A stretch of 64,000 nt of DNA from Eledone cirrhosa (lineage: Eukaryota): the NCBI GenBank assembly GCA_964016885.1, contig OZ024747.1:13392001-13456000 (forward strand), read 5' to 3'. The notes below the pieces were generated by a model that was not told the DNA's origin, ran no database searches, and was given only the letters and a program-made list of their open reading frames with translations. Both the position numbers and the translations under genes were made by a program. This document shows, one piece after another, positions 54,474-64,000 of the stretch. The number at the start of each line of letters is the position of its first letter. Position 1 is the stretch's first letter.

Positions 54474-55026
54474 TACTGTATATACTTGAATATAAGCTGA
54501 TTCAAATATAAGCTTACCTCCTATTTTATGTCTGGGAAATGGACAAAAATCCAAACCTTGTTTATAAGCCAATGCAGCTAATCAACACATTACGTTTAGA
54601 TGGTGCAGTATTGAAATTCTCAAGAGAATATATTTATGATGTTTTAATATTTTGATATTTAAAATGTTTTAAGTGTCATTTAGAGTATAGTTTTTGTTTC
54701 ACAACTCCTTTATGTAATGAATTTTTTTACTAATTTCCGACTGTTTTAAAGGCCATATTCATTCAAAACATATAAAATACAATAAGAAATATGAATTTCA
54801 CAATGAAAGTGAAACTGGTGTAATATTTAACACCAAAATAAATATTCACCTCCAAAGTAAATATTTATCCCCAAAACGAAAATATTATTGCACCTCATTT
54901 ACTTAGAATTTAGAAGTTGGTAAAGATCAGCAAAATATTGACCTTGAATATAACCTGATCCTCCATTTTACTATCGATTTTTCTTTTGTCGCCTATTCCC
55001 CAGCTTATATATGAGTATATATGGTA
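54474..55026. mobile_element. Tc1/mariner (pogo/Tigger-like) non-autonomous element
   Basis: TA-CTGTATATACTTGAATATAAGCTG ... CAGCTTATATATGAGTATATATGG-TA imperfect terminal inverted repeats with TA target-site duplication. Confidence 0.65.
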
Positions 55027-55520
55027 ATAATGAGGTTTTTCTTTAGTAAGCTCACATTTCAAACATTACTTTTCTAAACTAAAATTATGATGAAAAAGCA
55101 TAAACATTAAAAAATAAGCAGTTTTGTACCATAAATTTAGTCTTGTTTCTAGTAAGTTGGAATAAAAAAAATGTTAATCAGCTCTTCTTCTGCAATTACA
55201 GCCAGTTCAATGCATATAGATGAGTTTACAATAACAAATGGGATTTTATTTATTCATTCATTTCTTGATTCATTTATTTTTCTGTATTTTTATAACAAAA
55301 GAGCTTTTTTGTATCTTTACATTTTCAGTTGGGTGGTAAGACAAAGTCATTGAGTGCTTTTTAGTAGAATACAACTCTGCTGCAAGCATTCATGATGGGT
55401 TTCAATCCTGATAATAATCTCCTCCTATTAGTCACAGAAGCCCTAAAAAGGGTTATGAGTACTGCTCTACCTCCTCTCACTTTTAACCATGAAATAACAA
55501 TAAGATACAGGTTTGATATT

Positions 55521-55578
<58 letters not shown>

Positions 55579-55699
55579 GTGGTTGTTGGACCTCCGTCCT
55601 TTCCAACAGTAAGTGCTTCAGTTGATTCACTCAACAAAACTGTCAGCTCATAAAATTTATATGTAAGTGGCTGAGCATTCCACAAGCATGTGTACCTTT

Positions 55700-55992
55700 A
55701 ACAGTCATCTCCTCTGTGAGCTTTAACGATCTGAGGTCAGCTCTTACCACCTCCACCCAAGATTTTCGTCTTTCTCTACTGTATCTTCCTTCCACTGGGA
55801 ACTCTTGGCACATCTTTACCCAGAGGTTATCCTCCATGTGTATCACATGTCCATACCAACAGTCTTCTCTCCCGCACACTACAGCTATCCCTCTTATACA
55901 CAGTTTCTCTCTCAACTCGTCTATGCTTGGTCGTTCATGCACATTGACATTGCACATCCAATGGAGCATGCTTGCTTCATTTCTCTCCAGCC
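55700..55992 (-). pseudogene. RTE-like LINE C-terminal relic; smaller piece near 25800-25960
   Basis: MLHWMCNV...WYGHVIHM...VEGRYSRERRKSW. Confidence 0.7.
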
Positions 55993-56251
55993 ATCATGGG
56001 GCTGAACTTAACGAAACCTTGTAGTTGCAAATCAAATTCTTTACCCACACAACAATCCCTGCACCTGTATATAGCATGAACATTTCTTGGATTAAGAATT
56101 AGGCGAGCTACATGTTGGTTTATAAAATATCAAAATTAAAAATGTAGTTTTTTATTTTCCTTTGAGGTATCTCAGGTATTTTATTATTTTATTCTTTTAC
56201 TGCTGAACCATCGCTTTTACCTGAAGAATTTCCTTTTATTCTATTTCCCAG

Positions 56252-56494
56252 GTAACTAATGAAATCACACGGCAATTGATGGAGACAAATGGGTTCTTTA
56301 ACCTAGAAAAACCTGGAGAATTTACAACAGTGGTAGATATCCAAATGCTGGCTGCTATGATCCACCCTGGAGGGGGTCGTAATGATATACCTGAAAGACT
56401 AAAGCGTCACTTCTGTATTTTCAACTGTACTCTACCATCAAATGCATCAATTGATAAAATATTCAGCACACTTGGCTGTGGCCATTTCTGCAAG
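56252..56494 (+). CDS. DNAH5: Dynein heavy chain exon 22 ([11 protein letters not shown]...[21 protein letters not shown]...HFCK)
   Basis: cag|GTA ... AAG|gtaaaa; 243 nt. Confidence 0.96.
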
Positions 56495-56724
56495 GTAAAA
56501 TATACTTCAAATTCCACCAAAGTCAACTCGATATTTAAGATAACTTTGTTTATATATATATATATTGGAAAATGTGTGAGATCCTAGGTACAGTTAGGTT
56601 TATTTGTAGTGTTAACAATTTTTTTTTTTTTTTTATTTAATTTTATAATATTATATTATAAAATTAAATTTAAAAAAAAAAGTTTTAACACTACAAGTGA
56701 AGTCATTCTTTTCCTTTTTTTCAA

Positions 56725-56775
<51 letters not shown>

Positions 56776-58389
56776 AAGCTAGATAAAGTTTTGTTTATGT
56801 ATATCACACCGCCGTTTATATTTTTCTTGGTGCAATATTTGCTTATATATATATATATATATGATGATGGCTGCCCCCTCGTTATCGAGTATGGCCATTG
56901 CACAATGCAATATTATTAATAATTATCAATTAATTCTATCATGCAATGCGTGTGCATGAAGATTTTTTTTAAAGTGAGGAAAAACTGTGCACTGAGCCAA
57001 TCCCACTCTCTGAGTGACATTAGCTATAACCCGAAAAGAAGAAAAGATCAACATCATCGGTAACTACTGAGCCGCAGGTTTTATGTCAGAGTTATCCCAA
57101 TTTCCCGAGTTGCCTTCTCCTAGAAGAATGCCCTGACAAAAGCTAGGGGTCCTTCATCCCAGTGGATTAACCGTGTGATTGGGTATCCGGCATGATTATT
57201 TCTACTATGTTCCCGTGTATATACATACATATATATATATACACATATATATATATATACACATATATATACATATACACATATATGTACTCACATATAT
57301 GTATATACAAATGTATACAGTGATAGAGAAAGAGAGACAGACAAAGAGGCAGGCAACATCATTGACAGAGAATGCATTTTAGAACATTTGCACTCTGTTC
57401 CATTTATTGTCTTCCATATATGTTATAAATAAATATATTTATTTAAACAAATCAAAGCATTCATATGTGACAGATGGATAACAAGGCTGTATTATTAGCA
57501 TAATTTATATTATTGTTGGAATCTAATAGATCAGGGCTAATGAAAATTGATAATATTGATAGATTTATGGTGATCAGAATTATCCATTTGACAGACTTGT
57601 CAAATTTGTGGTTATTAAATTTTAAAATTCTGACAATCATTATTTGTGTGTTAATATTTTGTATATTTAATTTGGTTATGACTTTTTACTTTCTAAGTTG
57701 AATTCCCACTGAGGTCAACTTTGCTTTTTGTCCTTCTGGGGTTAATAAAATAAAGTATCAGTTAAGTATTGGGTTTGATTTAATCAACTTTGCTCTTTCC
57801 TCAAATTTGCTGGCCTTGGACCTAAATTAAAAATCAATATTTTTATATCTAGTTTATGCTATTTAACTTTTTAAAGACTATTGCAGAACATAAAACTACA
57901 CAATTTATCTTTCGTAATGGATGATCACAGGACTAAACACATTTTAAACTTTAACTATTTAACATTGTATAATCAATATAATGATTTTTAACATAGACAC
58001 AAGGCTGCTGACAACTCATTATTGAATATGGCTCCTTTTTGCGGCCCTTCCTTCTTCTCTTTAACCTTTCATTCTACTTTAGTTAAGTAATATAATAATT
58101 TTGATAGATTTATGAAAACTATCATTTCATTATTAAGATTGTAACTTAACATATGTTTCTCAGATAAATTATGTTGGATGATTTTAATTTAACAAAGAAC
58201 CATTTAAAATGAGTGGCTTTGTTTCATAGAACTAAAGGCAGTTTTGACTGGGTTGGAGAGAAAGGGATTATAGATGCATTGTATTCCCATCATAGGCTCT
58301 AATGACAATGACGACCAAGACATTGAATAATATTTTGTAACTGATTGTGTGTGTATGTTTACAATAAATGACATTTTTTTTCTTGATAG

Positions 58390-58542
58390 GACCGAGGGTT
58401 CCCGGACAGTGTTATAGATTTGGTGAACATTCTAGTACCAGCAACCCGTAAATTATGGCAGAAGATCAAACTGAAAATGCTCCCGACTCCAGCAAAATTC
58501 CATTATGTCTTCAATTTGAGGGATCTCAGCCGAATTTGGCAG
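58390..58542 (+). CDS. DNAH5: Dynein heavy chain exon 23 (DRGFPDSV...[23 protein letters not shown])
   Basis: tag|GAC ... CAG|gtaaga; 153 nt. Confidence 0.96.
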
Positions 58543-59264
58543 GTAAGATATGTGGCTGAGGAAGTTGTGCCCAAATAAGAAATTAATGTTAGAAACCCTT
58601 ATTATAAATACATATCCTTCTGAGGCAAGTAGAAGTAAGATCTGTGGATGAGGAAGATTTTCTTTTTCTTTTGTTTTACTATCGCAATTTTTATGTGGTT
58701 TGAGGCTAACAACCTTACTTCCATTAATCAAAATTGCTACAGAATGACAAGAAGATACCTGGTCTGGAAGCAGGCTCATGACACAGACCTGCAACCATGT
58801 AGAATGGAGGTCTCTTGTTGCCCAGTGCTCCATGGGGAATAAAAGGAACTAAACTAGAAGAAAGAAGAAGATTATAGCTGTTTACATTAATTGATTATTG
58901 ATTCTCTTGTTTGAAGTAGTTGCATATTGATATATATTGATTTTCTTGATAAAAAGGTGCAGGCATTACTGTGTCATTAAATAGTTTGCTTTGTGATCAT
59001 GTGGTTTTCGTGTTCAGTTCCACTGTATGGCACTTTAGACAAGTATTTTCTGCTATATCCTTTGGTTGACCAATGAATTATGACATTTGAAAGCCCATCA
59101 CACACAAACACACACACACACATATATATATATATTTAATATAGAAATGGCTTCTACAGGACTAGAACTGTTTCATTTGAAGGAATATTCATCATATTAA
59201 ATTTTTATAGTCTTCTATGTATTGAGTACCTTACTTACTGTGGTTACCCCCGATTGAACCTGGG

Positions 59265-59316
<52 letters not shown>

Positions 59317-60242
59317 GCACACACATAACCCTCACACACACACACATTAGGTAATTCCGAAGAAAAAGCAACGGAAAAAAGAGTGCTCTGTGTATAGAAC
59401 AGAGCTATCTAATTAAATATATATATATATATAACTTTGATAGGTTTTAGCCAGTATTGGCCCAGGCCATGTCTAACTTAATAGCATGACCTGGAATATA
59501 ATACATATATTTCTCTCGACTGACCTCTTCCTTGCACTTCCACTCACTCACTCTCTGTTTCTCCCCTTCTCACTTCCTCCCGTTTGGCTTGTAGTGGGTT
59601 CTCTTCTTGCTCACATCTCACTCACGTCGGACGGTCTGTATCTCGATCGCTCATGAAATCCATCCAGCTTATGCTGACCGGATAACCATGTTGCTTGTTT
59701 ATTCCTATCTTTGCGTTGCTTTCATCCTTCTATGTTGTTTACGTGTCTCACTTGCTTTACGCGATTTACTTGTCCCAATAGCTTTATTTAGCTATTGCTC
59801 GCACCAACCTGAGGTATATGATTTTTAATGCGATGAAATATCAATGATGGTTGGCAAATCCAAAGGACTATTTTTATCATATGTAACCCATGTGCAACCA
59901 TGCAGTATTCTTCTTTCTTCTCATGTTTTATATATATATATATATATATATGTATATAGTCCCACTCATTTTTTCAATAATGCCACTTTGATAAAACAAA
60001 GAAAGGAAAAAAAAGAAAAACAGGCCCTTAAATATATTTTCAGTGCTATTTCCAATTTCACCTTCTCTCCAAAATCACTATTTTGTATAGAACCCTACTT
60101 CCGTTGTTGGCAACCAACAATTTAGCAGCTTCTACCTCGGGCAGCCAACAGAGGTAGAAGCTGGTAAATTGTCGGTCGCCCTCTTGTCTCTGATTTTCAG
60201 CACCATGGATTTTATCTGTTATATTCCTTTGTTATATTTTGA

Positions 60243-60300
60243 ATTACCTGATGATGTCACCGGATTCATACTGAACCCGGTCATTGAAATGATCATAGTA
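60243..60300 (+). ncRNA. Hammerhead ribozyme motif
   Basis: TAC CTGATGA, stem II with ACCGG/CCGGT and TTCA/TGAA, GAAA, palindromic TGATCA, UA, GTA; stem I is short. Confidence 0.6.
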
Positions 60301-62304
60301 TAATAAACCTTTCAAGGATTTACACCAGTCCAGCCTCCTGATATTTTATAATATATATATTTACAAATATGTACATCTATTTGAGTTGAACTCAGAACAT
60401 AGAGACCTCCAAAGAATACCCAACACTCTAACATCGACCATCTTACGTCATTGCATCATTCTATAAACACACTTGGGTCGATTTAATCGACCCCCCCCAC
60501 ACACACACACACCTCATATTTGTTGTCCTTGTGCCTAAAACAGAAACCATTATTCTATAACTATTTGATGTTTTATTGTTGTTTTCTGCGATTATCTAAT
60601 TTATTTTTTTATTTATAATGGTTGGTCTGGTTCTTACTGTCAAGTTTTATTTGATCTTCTTTAGTAATTGTTGCTTTGCTCTGGTGTTACATTATATTTT
60701 GCTCATTTTTCTCTTATTGCATGATTTTGTTTGCTCTTCTGAAGCTGACTATTCACTTATCTTATTGGTTTTCTTATAGTTTTGTCTATTTTAGCTTAGC
60801 TATTGTCCACTCTTCTACACTATTATTCTACACACTGCTGTTTAATGTCAGATAGTTGGGATTATCGTATCTGACATTCTTTTCTAGTTCTACCAACTAT
60901 TATTTCATCTGTGTTAGAATTATCTAGTATTTTTCAACATTGTCTGCTTTGATGTATTTTATCTATTTTTGTCAAGTATTGCCCAATGTCATTTTTTATT
61001 CTTTTATTTATTTGAGTCATTATGTTGCGGCCATAGTGGGGCATTGCTTCAAATGGCTTAAATCGATTATATCGACTCTCAATACTTCTTTTTTTAAAGT
61101 CTGGTACTTATTTTATCGATCCCTTTTTGTCAAACCACTTAGTTATGGGGGATAAACAAACATTAAATGTAAACTCAGAGATAGAAACACGCACAACACA
61201 CACACAACAAACACACAAACACACAACACACACACAAACACACAACACACACACACACAACACATACAATGCACATATACATGCACATATGATGAGCTTT
61301 CACACAATTTCCCTCTCCCAAATTTCACTGACAAGGTATTGGTGAATCTGAGGTTATAGTAGATGTATTGCCCAAGTTACTGTGCAGTGACACCAAACCT
61401 GAAAATATGTGGTTGCGAAGGAAACATTTAAACCACACAGCCATGTTTACACATATAAGGAACAATACTTCCATAGCAGGGTAACTGAACTAAGGCCACT
61501 TCCATTACATGTGGGTATGAATGGAGCTCCATTGGTTTCAACATCGACTGTTCCAATTGTTTGATCAACAGACCAACCTGCTCATGAAATTGATGTGTAA
61601 GATACTGAGTATTCCACAATTACGTGTACTCATAATGTAATTCTCAGGGAGATTCAGCATAACAAAATGTGTGACAAGGCTGACCCTTTGAATTACATAT
61701 ACAGTCTATCGTACAGGCTTCCAAACAGTTTCTGTTTACCCAATTTGATTCACAAAGCATGGCTTGAGCTAAAGCTATGGAAAATTACACTAATGATAGC
61801 AAAGCTAACTTTTAAACATTTTGTTCATTCTGCAACTACAAGTGGTATACTTACCACTACTACTACAACAAGTGGTATACTTACCACTACTACTACAAGT
61901 GATGTACTGACCACTTTATTACCAAGGATGTACTATTCTCTACTTCACTACATTAAATAAAAGTAACAATAATAATAATCAAAATATTACATTGATTATT
62001 CAATATAAATTGATGGAGAATATAGCTACAAGCTTTAAGCCTGAGAATTGTAGACAGTTTATGAAATTTTTTCAGCTGAACAAGGAAGACAGATGAATGT
62101 TTTGTAGGAATTTAATTAAGAATTTTTTCCTCATGGGAAATATTTAATAGGAAGTGGTTCCAGACATTTAGATCAGAAGTTAGAAGTAGATTTCCTTATA
62201 TTTTATTTTATTTTATTTTCAACCTATGTTGAAACTGAAGCAAAGCAAATCTGTTGTAAAAAAAAGTGTTGCGTTAAAACTGTTGAATGCCTTTTACTCT
62301 CACT

Positions 62305-62829
62305 TTCTCTTCTCTCTCTCTCTCCCTCGCCCTCCTTCTTTCTCTCTCTCTGTCCCTCTCTTTCTCTCTCTCTGTCTCTTTCTCACTCTTTCTCTCTCCC
62401 TGTCTCTCTCTCTCTCTCTGTCTCTCTCTCGCGCTTTCTCTCTCTCTGTCTCTCTCTCTCCAGACACACATTTAATGATAATAATAAGAAGAAGGAAAAT
62501 AATAATAACAATAATGGTTTCATTCATTGGCCACAGGAACAACATATTAAAATATCATCATTATATTTATTCACATCATTATATTTATTCACATGTGACT
62601 TGTGCTTTGCAATCGATCAGCTTTTGGGCCTTTTTGATGCAAGAGAGATCTGAAGATTTCTATCTTTGAGTTTAGGTAAATATCTGATGAGTATAGACCC
62701 TGTAAGATCCTGAATTTCTCACTTAGGCAAGGTGAGCAGTTTTGGGTTGTGTGTTCAGCAAGCCTTTGCATCTCCCCATATATTGAGTACTTCCATGGTT
62801 AGTGCTCTCCCCAGTCACAGCACTGCAGA

Positions 62830-62898
<69 letters not shown>

Positions 62899-62931
62899 TC
62901 TCTCTCTCTATCTCTCTCTCTCTCTATCTCT

Positions 62932-62965
<34 letters not shown>

Positions 62966-63045
62966 AGAGATAGAGAGAGAGAGAGAGAGAGTCTGCAGAT
63001 AGATAGATAGATAGATAGATAGATATATAGATAGATATAGATATA
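62305..63045. repeat. (CT)n, (TA)n, (AG)n and (GATA)n microsatellite cluster
   Basis: Direct inspection. Confidence 0.9.
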
Positions 63046-63381
63046 TATTTGAAAAAAAGAAAAGAATGACTTCACTTGTAGTTCTAAACAATTTAATTTT
63101 ATAATATTATAATTTTACAATTTGCGGTGGCCTAGTGGTAGTTATTAGAACCGGTGGAGATTCTGGTCTGCGGTTCAATCCTGGACCGGAGATACAAGTA
63201 GGGTGTCCTATTATTATTTTTAGACTAGATCTACAAAACTAAATTATAAAATTATAATATTATAAAATTATAATATTATAAAATTAAATTGTTTAGAACT
63301 ACAAGTGAAGTCATTCTTTTCCTTTTTTCAAATATACCTGACTGTACCAAGGATTTCACACATTTTCCAATATATATATAT

Positions 63382-63412
<31 letters not shown>

Positions 63413-63723
63413 CCGTTTTACGTCCGTTCTTCCACGCTAGCATGGGTTAGACGGGTTGTCCTGTTGTGGGCAGTGTCTGGTCGGCTGACCATGCCTTGCT
63501 CATACAGGAACTGATCTGGCTTGATTTCTACAGCTGGATGCCCTTCCTAACACCAACCTCATTTACAGTGAGTGCTGGGTGCTTTTACGTGGCGCCTACA
63601 CGTCCACTTTACAGTGTGGGCTGGGTGCTTTTTTGCCGTGGCACCTCCACGACCACCTTGCGGTGAGGGGTGTGGGGGCATATTGTCTATATGCTTCAGC
63701 TTGTACCCATGGGAGGTCGGGTA
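63382..63723 (-). mobile_element. SINE family E copy
   Basis: Reverse complement of 12341-12673. Confidence 0.8.
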
Positions 63724-64000
63724 TATATATATATATATATATATGAAAAGAGTCAGGACCCCAACGGCTGAGCTCCAGCCGTATCGACGGCTAGATTCGA
63801 ACTAGACTCAACAGCTATTGAAACAGCCAGAGCTCAGCCATCACGGTCCTGACTCTTTTCATATTACCCACTCTACTGCTCTAAGTATTGAGTACTCTGG
63901 TGCGTTATGGTCCACCTGGTATCTTACCACACCTTCTTTGTTATATATATACACACACACAGAGTTTCAAAAGCTTAACCAAAATTCTCTACTGAATGCT

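Noticed and set aside
58543-64000. Next dynein exon
   Set aside because: No AG-bounded frame continuing the dynein sequence was found; it probably lies beyond the window.

Overview
AT-rich, microsatellite-dense animal genomic DNA whose repeat families suggest a coleoid cephalopod, probably an octopus (inference). The whole window lies inside one + strand gene: 23 consecutive GT-AG exons (219-58542; 3801 nt, 1267 codons, all phases compatible) encoding the linker to AAA3 region of an outer-arm axonemal dynein heavy chain of the DNAH5/DNAH8 type. Both gene ends are outside the window. The introns hold several SINE families, RTE, Tx1, CRE-like and R4-like LINE relics, TTAA- and TA-flanked MITEs, and mini- and microsatellites; most short ORFs in the track are microsatellite artefacts. 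The main unexplained signal is a set of short non-coding foldback elements inserted beside (TA)n tracts. Several carry recognisable minimal type I hammerhead ribozymes (CUGANGA, stem II, GAAA, self-complementary hexamer, UH) in their arms, followed by an unpaired tail with a GAGTRC motif. They are probably Penelope-type pLTR remnants or non-autonomous retrozyme-like elements. Two RTE-family insertions also show twin-priming-type 5' inversions with clean target-site duplications.
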